Source: Diplonema japonicum (lineage: Eukaryota > Protista > Euglenozoa: Diplonemea). Taken from it: 64,000 bases of DNA. The DNA lies in NCBI GenBank assembly GCA_964019335.1, contig OZ025662.1, positions 62,001 through 126,000 of the forward strand, given 5' to 3'. Numbering within the stretch: position 1 is the first letter of the stretch; every line of letters starts with the position of its first letter. The notes under the pieces are model-generated. The model saw only the letters and a list, made by a program, of their open reading frames with translations. It was not told the DNA's origin and searched no databases. Of this stretch, positions 1 through 12,200 are shown one piece after another. The translations under genes were made by a program, and so were the position numbers.

Positions 1-514
1 GGAGGCCAGTGCAGTGGAAAGGGAAAGGGGCACAACTACTTTTACAGTGCGTGAAAAAAAAAAAAGAAAAAAAAAAGAATGCAAAAGTAATATGGCACGA
101 GGCACATTATGCAGGCGGATTGGTACCCCTTCTTCTTTTCAGTGGTCGGCCGTTATGAACACGATGCGTCCGTTGAACAAAGGCGGTGGAAAGAAAAAAA
201 AAAAAAAAAAAAAAGAAACGGGCTAATTTCTAGATAAGTGTGTGGGGTGTTATTACCATCCTCCAACGTGAGCACGTGGTCGAAGCCCTCTTGTCGTAGA
301 AAGGCAACAAGTGCTACCAGGGCACCTTGTCCCCCTATTTAGAAACGCCCCAAACAATTTTTTATTTCTTTTAAAGCAGCAGCATTGAAGGAAAGGGAGA
401 GGGGGGGGGGGGGGGGGGGCAATTGGTGCGGTATGGAGGGATAAATGAACGCAACAGAAACTAATACGGGAACGTGAGGGGAAAGGGGGAGGGGAATAAA
501 ATAATAACTATTGA

Positions 515-662
515 TTTATGAAAAATAAAGTGGACTTTATTCCCCGCGGCTGATAATCTGTCCCTCGGAATCTGATTTTCACGAGCGAAGCGAGGGAAAA
601 TCAGATTCCGAGGGACAGATTATCAGCCAAGGGAAAGAGTAAAGTCCACTTTAATTCATGAA
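515..662. repeat. Long inverted repeat/hairpin, Crypton/Eulor-like terminal palindrome
   Basis: Perfect 33-bp arms at 548-580 and 596-628 around the loop ACGAGCGAAGCGAGG; outer arms TAAAGTGGACTTTA (526-539) and TAAAGTCCACTTTA (640-653). Confidence 0.9.
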
Positions 663-711
663 TACGTAATTTTATTTATTTTCTGGTTCCCAATGACACT
701 CCCAAAACCCC

Positions 712-980
712 CCAAAGCCAGGAAGTCTAGGATTTGACATAACATTAAGACAGGGGGTTGCTTGCACTGCTCGTCCCACGCCTTCAGCATGGCAGTCAAC
801 CTGGGCCAGTCTTGCAATTTGTGCTAATGCTCCATGGTATGGTTCAGGCGGCTATAAAGGGACCAGAGGCTCGACGGCTTAGCCCTCCTTTGTACAGGGC
901 ATCGAACTACTTTATGATGTCAGCCTCCCTGGGCTTTCTGGTGCGGATGCGGCTGAACTCGATGAACTCCCTGAGGAACC
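712..980 (-). pseudogene. Decayed N-terminal fragment of a Crypton-like tyrosine recombinase
   Basis: Manual minus-strand translation across 2 stops and 1 frameshift gives FLREFIEF..KPREADIIK*FDALYKGG/KPSSLWSLYSRLNHTMEH*HKLQDWPRLTAMLKAW...QILDFL. This resembles the YF..L...KxSTLWSxYSxL..PRL..LK pattern of Crypton recombinases and adjoins the hairpin. Confidence 0.6.
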
Positions 981-1370
981 TGGGTGCACCAGGTGCACGC
1001 ATGGCCCCTGTTCTCGTCCCTACTTAGAGGGGCTGCGAGCGATGTTCTTACCGCAGATGCCATCCATGGCTGAAAGGCAAACCCCGACAGCCAACACCAA
1101 GATGCAACAGCAGAATGGTGACAGGCACGTGTAGGATCCCCTGTCCACGGTGGGCACCAACCATTCACAAATTTGCAGAAAACATGAGGGAAAAAATAAA
1201 GTACTTTATCTAGCCAAAATCCCTTTAGAGGGAATCCAGAAAATAAATAAAAATAAGATGTCTTTGAAGGGAACCTGCAGTATGTGACAGGATCGCCTAA
1301 ATAAAAAAATAAGAAAAAACAAAAACCCACCCGTGCTATGTGCAATAAAAGGAAACAGGGAAGAGGGAAC

Positions 1371-3078
1371 TTAACGCCCGCTGTCTGTTCCAGGAGGTGG
1401 TCTCGGTTTCTGCAGATCGGGAAGAATATGGAGGACTGGCCACAGGATAAAGGGTAGGGCAGCCTGCAGCATCGGTCTTATGGACAGTGTTTCGGGATCG
1501 TCCTCCTCCACAGGTCCCTGCGGCATGTCCTTTATATCGAGGATTGTGGCCGCTGTGGGTGCGGACTTGCTTCTGGAAGACAAGGACGGCTCAGACTCTC
1601 CGCCACTGGACGAGATGCCATGGCTCTCTTGGCCGCTGCTATTAGTTCCCATTTCCCACCCGTTCCCATTCCTCGGGGCAGAGGGGGCCAACACATGCAT
1701 CACCTGATGCTGCTCCATCTCAAGTTCCCTCCGCGATGACGCCAAAGCTGACTGAATCCACAGCCTCGTGTGCATTGCCTGTGCTGTGTGTGCTCGTAGT
1801 GGTGTAAATACCTCCAGCGTCGAGAGTGCACTCTCAGCGAGAAACATCACCTTCGTTCTCTCCTCCACCTCCTCCTTCAGCATATACTCCAGCCTGCCTT
1901 CGATATCAACGTTCTTTATACCAGGCCACGCCCCATTGCTGCCAGGTAGGGCCGGCAGTCTGACGGCTACACCTCCTTGTTTCCTAGCTGGGGGTGCTGA
2001 ACCAGGCGCATTCCTAGAAGGCGGGACGGGCTTCTTGGGAGGGAGCGTGGCCGTGGAAGGGGGTGTTGGTACCTGGCCCCTTGCAGGCCCTTTCTTGAAC
2101 ATGTTCGAGAGGCCTCCGGATGCAGGTCTTGCCTTGGTTGTCCGGTATGCGAGCTGTTGCAACAGGATATTGCTCTCGGCCTCTATGCTCGATCGGTTGA
2201 TCTGTGTGGTGTTCAAGTTGGACAACTGCAGCAGCCCATACCACTTCGGACTTCAAAAGGGACAAGATCAGCGCTTTGAGCTGCTGGTTGAGCCGCAACG
2301 TTTTTCGGATAGAACGCTCTTCAGACACGATTAGCTTGTAACCGGACTCGCAGCTGTGGCGGTGGTCATGACCGTGACGGTGTGCATACCTTGTCTGGCA
2401 CTCTGCAAGAAGACATTCAATATTTTTGAGGGCTTCTGCCTGAGTTACACTTCTGTGGTGGCTTGTTGGTGGCTGTTTATCGGCAAACCTAGGGTTTTTC
2501 GCAGATGGTGATGCTGTAGGTGACGAAGCGTAGCTTATGCAAGCTTGCGGGGACTGTGTGAGCAGTGCTCCCGACCCACCGCTGGTGTTGTCCTTTTCAG
2601 GACCTGGGGAAGTAGAGCTGGAGGATGCAGGCATCCTGGAAAAAGAATCGTTTGATTCCGGTACGAGTTCCCACCCGTTGTTGTTCGGGAGGTAGGGGCG
2701 GAACCGGTGGGCTGTGCGGTGCTTTCTCCGGTCCTTCCGGCGGCTTGTACCGATCACCTCCGGAAGGCCCTTTGTCGCATCCCTGTCACCCATGAACACG
2801 ACAAAAATCTTTGCCGCTGCTTCTTTGTGCAACTGACAGCGCTCCTCGATGTCTTCTTGAAAGCTGTCGAACGTCACCTTTGTTATCGCACACTTTTCCC
2901 CCTCAGCGTCGTAGTACGTCATCCGCAGCAGGTTGGGTGGACATTCTGCTATCTCAAGCACATCTCCAGCCACTGCCGTCACCTTCTGTATATATTCATC
3001 CCACGTCTTCTGCAGGGAGATCTTCATCCCCCCATCAGCACGTCGACCATACCCCGAGAAACACAGCAAAAGCTTCAT
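1371..3078 (-). CDS. Hypothetical protein with N-terminal PB1-like domain and low-complexity/coiled-coil regions (two ORFs probably forming one gene)
   Basis: ORF 2014-3078 has the PB1/OPCA-like motif RMTYYDAEGEKCAIT. It joins ORF 1371-2225 in frame if GTATGGGCTGCTGCAG (2226-2241) is removed. Confidence 0.55.
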
Positions 3079-3161
3079 ATGCTCTTTAACATTTTCTACC
3101 CGCCTGTTATAATTATGCTTCTACTGCATTTAAAAGGGAGGGGAAAGTGTTTAAACCAGCG

Positions 3162-3575
3162 CTACGCACACCCGTGGGAGTCGCACACCCACTCCCACAG
3201 GGGCGCCTCGAAGCTGGGAAACTCGTCAAGGGCCATCCCCTCCGTGCGCCCCATGCTGCTGAAGAACACAACGCCCTTGAAGCCGAAAGAGGGACCTCGG
3301 GTATTAGCGAAGGTCTTGCCCTCTGGTGGGTGGGCTTCGAACGTGGCGTGCACCTCGTAGCTGCCGTCTTCAAGTGCTGAGGTGATGTATGCCTTCCCTT
3401 CTTTCTCTGCTGTGATGCTCATGCCTTCGTACTCTTCATGCAGAGTGGGCACCTCCTCTGCTATGTACCGCACAGCAGCCTCCAGCTTATCGTCCCCAAA
3501 TCGCAGCACAGACTTCTCCACCTCAGGCCATTTGTACCCGCCCAATACCAATACAACTAGCACAGCCCACCCCAT
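3162..3575 (-). CDS. Small hypothetical protein with predicted signal peptide
   Basis: 137-aa ORF with hydrophobic N-terminus, CTGCAG acceptor 2 nt before the ATG, same strand as the array. Confidence 0.7.
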   Translation of the reverse strand: MGWAVLVVLVLGGYKWPEVEKSVLRFGDDKLEAAVRYIAEEVPTLHEEYEGMSITAEKEGKAYITSALEDGSYEVHATFEAHPPEGKTFANTRGPSFGFKGVVFFSSMGRTEGMALDEFPSFEAPLWEWVCDSHGCA

Positions 3576-3600
3576 AACTGCAGGAGTTCAGAATACAGTT

Positions 3601-4746
3601 CTAAGTTTGGTCTTGAACCGAGTTTGCTTTATTAATGAAAAACTCAACTTTCGTAGTGCTCATCCCTAGCCTTGCCATCTCGTCACCCAGGCTCCTGACC
3701 TCCTTTACTTTGCCTGCGTTGGCGTAGAGGCGGAGCATGGCGTTCCAGACTACAAGAGAATGCTTGAAAGAGGGGCGTTGCGTGACCCGGAGAAAGACTT
3801 TTTCAGCGAGAGAGGTGTCAGGGGGCAGAGAGTTGGCGCAAGCAGTGATGAGGACGCTGTAAGTAACATCTGTGGGACTGACGTTGTGGTGCAACATTCG
3901 CCTGTACACAGAGAAGGCTTTGTCGACATCTCCAAGCACAGCGTGGGCAGAGGACAGCGCCGTCCACTGCTGCACCATGGGCGCTATGCCATTGTCCAAC
4001 ATCTCATCAAAGTACTTCTCAGCCACAGATGTATTTTTCATGAACCCTGCCGTCTTTATCACCACGCCATAGAACTGCCTCATGTCCCATTTAAGACCCT
4101 TCTCTTGTTGATATGCATGCGCTTCCTCGAACCTTTTGATGACTGTTGCCACATTAGGTGCCCCTTGCAGGTACGCAACGAAGAGAGCCGAATCAGGTTG
4201 TATATTGTCAGCCAACATCGCAGACCAAATGCTCTCGGAGAGATTTGGGGCGGTCTTGCCAACACCTGTAAGAATATGCGTGAATGTAACTTTGTTTGGC
4301 TGTATCCCCTCTTTCGCCATCAGCTTGTAGTACCGCTGTATGTCTTCGCCCCTCGTGAGCTTTGTAGCGATCATGAGGAGGTGGTTATAGGTCTGTACGT
4401 TGGGCTTTACATTGTTTTTAAGCATATCCTCATGCAGCCTCTCTGCCTCCTGAATTGCTTTCACCTTCGTGCAAATATGCAATGCTGTGTTGTAAGTGGC
4501 TTTCCCGGGTTGCTTTCCCTTGCTTCTCAGCATGTGCACTAGCCTAAGCAATTCGCGCACCCCACTCTCCTTCTTCGAGACGCCGCCCTTCAAAGCCTGA
4601 TGGTATCTTTGTTTCAGCAGCTTCACACAATCATGATCACTTTCTTCCCTTGTTTCCTTGTGTTGAATGCGCGCGCGCTCACGCGTGAAGTCCTGGTAGC
4701 GTCTCGAGCACGGCGTCCGCGCAACAAGACGCAAACAAAATTGCAT
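3601..4746 (-). CDS. Pentatricopeptide repeat (PPR) protein, probably mitochondrial
   Basis: About 35-aa repeats (TYNTALHIC, PNVQTYNHLL, PNKVTFTHIL, PTDVTYSVLITAC, VWNAMLRLY); Arg-rich presequence-like start MQFCLRLVARTPCSRRY at ATG 4746. Confidence 0.92.
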   Translation of the reverse strand: MQFCLRLVARTPCSRRYQDFTRERARIQHKETREESDHDCVKLLKQRYHQALKGGVSKKESGVRELLRLVHMLRSKGKQPGKATYNTALHICTKVKAIQEAERLHEDMLKNNVKPNVQTYNHLLMIATKLTRGEDIQRYYKLMAKEGIQPNKVTFTHILTGVGKTAPNLSESIWSAMLADNIQPDSALFVAYLQGAPNVATVIKRFEEAHAYQQEKGLKWDMRQFYGVVIKTAGFMKNTSVAEKYFDEMLDNGIAPMVQQWTALSSAHAVLGDVDKAFSVYRRMLHHNVSPTDVTYSVLITACANSLPPDTSLAEKVFLRVTQRPSFKHSLVVWNAMLRLYANAGKVKEVRSLGDEMARLGMSTTKVEFFINKANSVQDQT

Positions 4747-4928
4747 AAGATACCTGCGAAACCGAGTAAAGACAAAGAAAGAAAGAAAGAAAAAAAGAAA
4801 GAAAGGAGAAGTAAAAAAAAAAGAAACTCGATCTACTCTGCTTATTAAGCTTGCTGAGCATCGTACGCACCCTATAAAGCCATTTATCGTGTTTCGAAAA
4901 CGTTCGCAAGTTAGACTCAAGCAAGCCG

Positions 4929-6060
4929 TCACGCAGACTTGACAAAGAAGCGGTGCACAGTGGTGTGCTCATAGCGCTCGCCAGGAGCGAGGAGGGTACT
5001 CGGGAAGTCCTTACGGTTGGGCGAGTCAGGAAAGTGCTGGGTCTCAAGGCAAACGGCACCGCGGTGCGATATCTTAGCACCACCGTAGCCCACCTGTTCC
5101 GGCGAGAGGTAGTTGCCTGTGTACAGCTGGACCCCCGGCTCCGTGGTGTGCAGGTCAAATCCGATGCCGGTGTTGGGAGCAAACAAGGTGCCGCGCTTAG
5201 GAACAGTGCCTGCCCATGACTTGGCATCGGGTGCTGGGTGTTCCGAAGAAGGACCGTCGGTGAAGACAACGGTGTGGTCGTACCCCCTTTGCGGCGCTAT
5301 GAGAGCGTCCTCGACACCCTCTTTAAGAGCTTTCTGTTCCGAAAAATCGAAGCAGGTATCCCTTACAGTGGGGAGCTCGCCAGTTGGAATACTGTGCTCG
5401 TCAACAGCTACGTACCTATCGGCCTTGAGCTCCAGTTTGTGGTCTAAGACATCGCCCCCACCGTTGGCCCAGCCACCGAGGTTCCAGTAACTATGGTTCG
5501 TCAGGTTCACAACGGTCTTGGATCCCTCCACGGATGCAGTCCACTTGAAAAGCAGCTCGTCGTTGTTGTTTAACAAGATCCACGTTGTGATGCTGAGGGC
5601 CCCAGGGTAGCCATTGTCGCCGTCCTTGCTGTGCAGTGTCATTTTGACTCCCTTTGTCTCGCCCTCGACAACCTCCGCATCCCACACCCTCTTGTCGTAG
5701 GACTTCACACCTCCATGCAGAGCGTTCTCGCCATTGTTGATGTGATCCAACGTGTAACTGCCTTGGCCCTCGATGCCGAACTTGCCGTGTTTGATTCTGT
5801 TGCCGTACCTGCCCACTGTGCACCCGAAGTACGACTCCCCTTCCTGCCACTCCTTCAGTGTGTCATAACCCAGCGTGCTTTCAACGTACCCGCCCTCTCC
5901 CTTCACCTGCAGGGAGACCAACGTGGCACCATAATTCGACACCTTTGCACGCAAGAGCCCCGAATCACTGTGTTGGTTGCTTCTCGACCTCCCCATACCT
6001 CTGGAAGCTGTACAGGTTTACCCCTTCCGCACCACCCCAGTCCTTGCTAACCTCCACCAT
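4929..6060 (-). CDS. GALM: Aldose 1-epimerase (galactose mutarotase)
   Basis: Motifs YFGCTVGRYGNRI, NALHGG, VNLTNHSYWNL, GYDH, GVQLYTGN, CLETQHFPDSPN. A 31-nt GT-AG intron at 5968-5998 extends the frame to ATG 6060. Confidence 0.95.
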
Positions 6061-6238
6061 TTTTGTTTGTGCACACCCTGCGGTCTTGTGTAGCAAGCGA
6101 ACGGCAAGCCCCCTGTTGCCAATGCTGACGAGAACTTTCAACATTCGGCAGACAGCTGTGCAAGATGCAATGTTGCAGTCAAACGAGTGTATAATACAAT
6201 ACTACAAACATAAGTTACACCTACGGAAATAGGCAGCT

Positions 6239-9200
6239 TCACCACTTAAATACAGGGCGTGATATGGGGTTTGTGGGCTTCGGTTTTTTCTTATTCAATT
6301 TGTGCATGTGGAGGGTTTTCGCCTGCGAGGCATCGGAGAAGCTTTTAGCTTGGGCCCTGATGTTGCTGGAGCATTGCCGTGATATGAGCATTTGAAGTGG
6401 CGACCCTACTGCTGTGTTTGCACACTGCAGCTCGACTAAGTTTTTATTCTTTTTGAGAAGGTTGAGCAGCTTGACGCCAGACGCCGAGTCAATGTCCCTG
6501 TTGTTACCCAGCTGAACCCTACGGAGGGACGGGTGGTTCTTTAGCCGTGCACAAAGCTCTGCCACAGCGTGCTGCTCTAACCTATTGCTGCTTAGGTCGA
6601 TTGTTTCCAAGTTGTGTAGGAACTTAATTAGGCCTAGGACCTGCTCCATGTCGCCATGCACACTGCTGAGATCCAACTCTTTTACATCTTCCAACCAACG
6701 ATGGTACTTGAGCTGCTGCAACACGCACTTGAGGGGCCTGCAACCCGAGTCATCACAGAGTTTTGTGTACACCAAGCATGGGATGCTGTCGCTTGCGTTC
6801 TTCATAGGAGACCGAGTAGATATAGGCATCATGTCTATTCTTTTATAATACAATGCCGCCCTGTGGTACCACTTCTTAAGCTCGAGCACAGACAGCAGGC
6901 TGTACTCGCCGACACAGTTGTCGCTAGAGGGCTTCTCTGTTGTGATCAGGAACCACGCCTTCAGAAGCTTTGAGCAGTCCTCGACCCGTAGTGCCATCAC
7001 AATCTGCAGCGCTGTCTCGTTCATAAAATTCACATGATGCACAGGTGCTCCGTAAGAAAGCACCACTTTCAAGGTCTCGAAGTCACCCACGCGGCACACG
7101 TTGTGCACAACGGTGTTCCCATTCTCGTCGGGGACATCAAGCACCGCACCCCGTGAAAGCAGTAGTTTCATCATCGCAGGGCAGGCCTTCGTTGAGGCGA
7201 TGCTCACACACGTTGTCAACCCACCTTCACATGGCAGCAGCTTCGTACCTTTGTTGACACAACAGCCCTTGTTCAGAAGGGCGCTAACTACGTGTTCCTG
7301 GGAAAACCACACAGCGCACATAAGCACCGTGACGCCTCTCTTGTTCGTGGCATCCAATGACCCCACCAGGTGGATCTTGTCACTCAATAGGTCTAAGAAG
7401 CCCATCCGCGCAGCGTAAAAGCAGGTACTGCCGTACAGTCTATTGCTCATGGCATCGACATCGTCCCATGTGTCCCATTCGTGGCTCTCAAGGTTACTCA
7501 TAACTCTCCGCAGCGTGGGGTAGTATTGATTGTTCCATGTGCCCTTAAATTCTTCTTCCTGGGTGTCGGGAGCCTCTGCAGCAAACAATGCATTAGCCAA
7601 ACTCTGCATTGCCATGCTTGGCTCTGGCAGCGAGGATCGCCACACCACTGGGGTACTTTCCTTTGTTGTGCGCTCCCATTGGTCACAAGAGTCCTTGTCT
7701 TCGGGAGGCAAGGTTTGCGACTTGTCATTTGAATAAATGGGGCGCAATATGCAAGAGACAGCCGAGTGGCCCATTGCAACGGCCAGACGCAAAGGGTTGT
7801 AGGGATGAGGTGCGTCCTTCAAAAGATCATTAGACGTCTGCATCGGCGAGTGATTCTGGAGTGGGAATCCTCTGTTGTCGAAGACGGAGCAGCATAGCTG
7901 CAGTGCCGGGAACATGTTCTCGTCGCCGTGCATTTCGGATATCCTGCCGGAGTCGTTGCACACGCTGAACAGGCCTTCGAACAGACAGTCGTCTGGAACG
8001 CTGCACCCTGTGTCGATGCAAATCTCTTCTTCGTTTGAATCTATCTCCCATGTTCTCTCTCCGAGGTAGGGTTGCATAGAGCCTTGCAACACACACAGCC
8101 CTTGGTACTGGGCATCGTGTGCGGAGTCAAAGAACGACAAGCATCCTTCGTAGTATCCCGACAGAGCAACGGGTTCCTTGCGTACCTCAGACAACGCATC
8201 TGCTTCTGGCAACAATAGTTGCACGCCCAAACACTGCAGGTACTTGAACCGCTGCCCGAACGAAGACGGCTCTCGGTTCAGCACTGTTGCAGCACGTAAT
8301 AGCAGTGCGACTTCGGTGATAGCTGGTTCTGGTTGCTCCGACGTAAGTGTGATGTTTGTCTCAATCTGGTCCTCATGCTCTCCTGTTGTGGGGAACGAAT
8401 CTTCCGGGCTCGCTTTCGACTCGTTGCGACTCTCCTCTAGTAGCAGTGCAGAAGAGTACCATGTTTTGTCGAGACATATGTAGGCACGGACTACACTCAT
8501 AAGACCTCTCTCTGCTGCACTATGTAGCATTGTGTAGCCGGTGAACGGGTTCCGCGATTCCAACGATTGTTGGTTCCTTGAAACAAACAGCATAACTAAG
8601 CTGCCGTGTCCACACCGTGCAGCATGCATGGCAGCTGTGTTACCATCCTTGTCAGCATGTAACGCAGAGGCACCGTGATCCAGCAACTTGCTGACTACGT
8701 CTGAGCGACCCGCCCGTGCAGCGTACATGAGGGGCGTGGCATCATTCTTGTCAAAGGCATCAATGGACACCTTCCTGGTGATGAGCAGCATTACCATGTC
8801 CAGGAAACCCTTCCAGGCCATCAGGTGCAACGGAGTCACACCCTTTTGGTCAATCGTCATATCGAGGTGATCACCGCTTGCGTCGACATAGTTGGTGAAT
8901 GAGAAGTAGCGCGACAGACCTACGGCCGCACGTACTTTCTGGTAAAGTGTTGATGTGATGCAAGGGTTAGCATGCCGCTTGAGGAGCATATGCACGATGC
9001 GTGCATCGCCTCCCAACGCAGCGTAGTGGAGCGGTGCAAGGCCCTCTCCCGAGAGGCTGTTCACATCAAACATATTATGCTTCAGCAACAGGCAGACAAC
9101 ACGCTCAGTCCCGTGCAGAGCTGCATTGTGAAGGGCAGACTTCCAAGTCCAATCAGTCCCTCTCCCCCACTCCCGCACAATACCTCCCGCAAGGACACAC

Positions 9201-12200
9201 TCTACCAGAGTAAAACACCTTGCGGCACACATTTCATGCACCGTGCGATCCCTCTCTCCGATCACGACCAGACGCCTTGTCAGCATCACCAGCAACTGGT
9301 TTTCAAGATACCGCTGTTTGACAGATACCGGGTGGCTGAGGTGATATGCAGGACACTTCCTCTTGTAGGTACGGAGGACAAACCGAGACACCGTATCGTA
9401 GCTCACGACTTGGGGGTCAGTCTCCTTCGGGAGCGCATCAATGATGCTCTCGAACAGCCTCTTTGAGTGTGCTGCATCAGGTAATGCGGCAAGCAGCTCG
9501 TCAGCTGACACATCCGAATGCTGAACATACGCCTGGATCACAGACAAGAAATGACTGCCGTCAGCATGGAGACAGGGTGTGGTTCTCTTATCGGTGACGT
9601 ACTTTTGTGTCACCTTAAGGATTCTAGACATTGCAGGGATAGACGTCATCGACATCGTGCTTTGCATGCCGGTGTTATCATCGGGCAGGTTTGCTCTGAT
9701 GTACTTGTTGAGCCCCTTCCACCTCATTGGCCACATGTGTTTGTGTATTTGGCACAGTCCTGCTAGGACACCTTGAGCACCGCCATGCGGGCTGGCCACT
9801 AGCGACGTTTTAACATCACTCTGAACCACTTCCAACCACTTGCTGTCCTCTGTCCTTACTGCGATTGCCACTCCTAAGCTGCACGTAAATACCAGCCCGT
9901 TCGGCATAACCACGTGTGTGGCTATACCGAGTGACATGCCCCGTCTCTGCAGCTCTCGAAACATTTCTAATCTGTCATTCCTGTATGCAAGTTCCAACAG
10001 TGGTGCATGCGTTGGCAGCCACCACCCATTCTCAAGCATGCACCGCAGTGCCCACACGTTTCCGTACCGCACAGCTGCTACGACGTACGATGACGGGTTG
10101 TAGACAGTCTGCGTCTTTGTCAACACCAACATGTCTCGCATGTGCTGCAAGAAGGGCAGATGCTCGTGCCCCTCTTCAGCCTCACAGAGCATTTTCAATG
10201 CAGGTGCACAGTTTGTGAACTTTAGGTCACCAGAAACGCAGAAGAAGCTCCCCACTTGTTCCCGGTCTTTGACGCTGGTCTCCAGTGGAGTTGGCTCTAT
10301 ACTGCAGACGTCTGGATAGTTTGGAAGCTGCAGCAGTGAAGGAAGGAGTGCCTGTGAGAAAGCTGTGCCCCTGGCAATACACTCATGAACAGGTGTGATA
10401 CCGCTACTATCTGCATATGCAAGCCCTTCACTTTCGTGGTGCCCTCGAATGAGGAGGGCTGCCGCCTCGGCTCTACCCTTGCTTACTGCAAGGTGCAAGG
10501 GCAACCTATTGTGGCTTTCCCTTGCTGTGATTTTAGCACCATAAAATATCAACGCCTTAATGCAACTTACGTGCCCCCGGCGTGCGGCCAGATGCAGGGC
10601 TGTGCACCCTGATGTATCTTTTGACTCAAGTTCAACAAGGCAACAGCTGGCAAGAACCTCGACCACCTCAGCGTGTCCTGCTTCTGCTGCCTCATGCAGA
10701 GCTGTCCTCATCACAATGTTGGAAACGATCCTACCACAAGACCACGTCATACACGCTGTGAGGTCAAGAAGGAGAGCGTTCTTCGTCAGCTTCAACTGTA
10801 AATACCGCAGATAAACAATGCTCTCAGAGACAGTTCCAAGGCCCAGATCCCTGTGGTTTCCTAGCCAAGGGAGGTACTCAACCCCTCGCTGAGATTTACA
10901 CCCACCTGCGGCAGCAAGCAGCTCGTGTATCATACGATAATCACCAGCACGTGCCAGCTCCGAAACAGAGGGAAGCAGGCGTAGCGCAAGCTCGTACGGT
11001 GCGGTGTTGCTGTTGTTAGTAATGTCCACCGAAGCCCCTTGTTCCACAAGCCACAGAGCTGTGTTCAGATGTTTGTTGCGTAGAGCGTTGTGCAAAGCAG
11101 TGTTCCCTTTGGCATCTTGTGTGTCTACCTCTTTGCCTACCAGCAGTGCCACACAACGAGAAAACCCCTTGGCGGCTGCAACATGTAAAGGTGTTTGCCC
11201 TGCGCTGTCTTGCGCACTGGGGTCAGCACCACACTTTAGCAAAACTCCAATAGCACTTGCACCCCCTTTGCTTGCAGCTTCATGCAGGAGTGTGACACCT
11301 AGTGGGCTCGGTGTGCACGGTGAGAATGACACGTACCCAGGGCCTTTGGCACTCCTTTTGTAAGCAGCTGCAGTGAGCCGGCTACCTGCCCCCCGTCGGA
11401 ATGGTGCCTTGACCGGCTCAGCTCGCAGCCTGTCGGCCTCCTGTTCTTCATCGTTGTACCTCAGCTTGTCCAGGTCGGCCATCACGCTCGCAGCAGCTGT
11501 TTTTTGGGAACATCTCAGAAGATTTGCCAGCTCGTCTGCCTTATCCTCTCTGGCTAGAGAAGCAGCCGCCTCATAGCAGTCCAGCAAGTCCTGCTGCCCC
11601 ACAGGTACTGCAACGATCGCCAGGACACTGTTGTTGTGGATATCGGTGTGCCTCCACCACCCGAGATTCGTGCAATTCTGGCAACGAAGTCTTGAAGTAA
11701 AGAACTGGCAGGAATTGAGCGGAAGGCACTGCCCTACGGTAATGTAGGGCTCGGAGTACCGACTGCTGGGACGGTACACCTTGAAAGCATAGGTCAGTGG
11801 TAAAGGTACACCCAGCTGGTAGAGTTTGCACCGCAATTGGTGTAGTGTTGTGGTAGGGCGGATGTTCGGCACGACACCCATTCGCCCCCCCCAGCCGTCG
11901 ATGTGGACGGACAACGAAAAGGTCTCCGGCAAGGTGTTAGATATGTACGTCCACTCATACAAACGGCTCTTCGTCTCATCAAGCGAACGCCGTATAACAC
12001 CTTCTACAAAAGTGCCATGGTGCTTGTAGGTCACAGTAAGAGTCTCAGTGGCTCTTTTGTAGTTTCGAGCCACGTGCATTACCGTGAGGAGGTCACCGTT
12101 TGCGAGGGATATCTTCCCGTGCGAAAAGCGGCCTTTGCGCCACACGCCGTCTGTGTACGCAACGCAGTGCTGGAGAGACCGCGGATACCACCTGACCCCT

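Noticed and set aside
758-1345. ORFs 758-1027 (+) and 920-1345 (-) as genes
   Set aside because: No recognisable product; the region is better explained by the disrupted Crypton-like frame.
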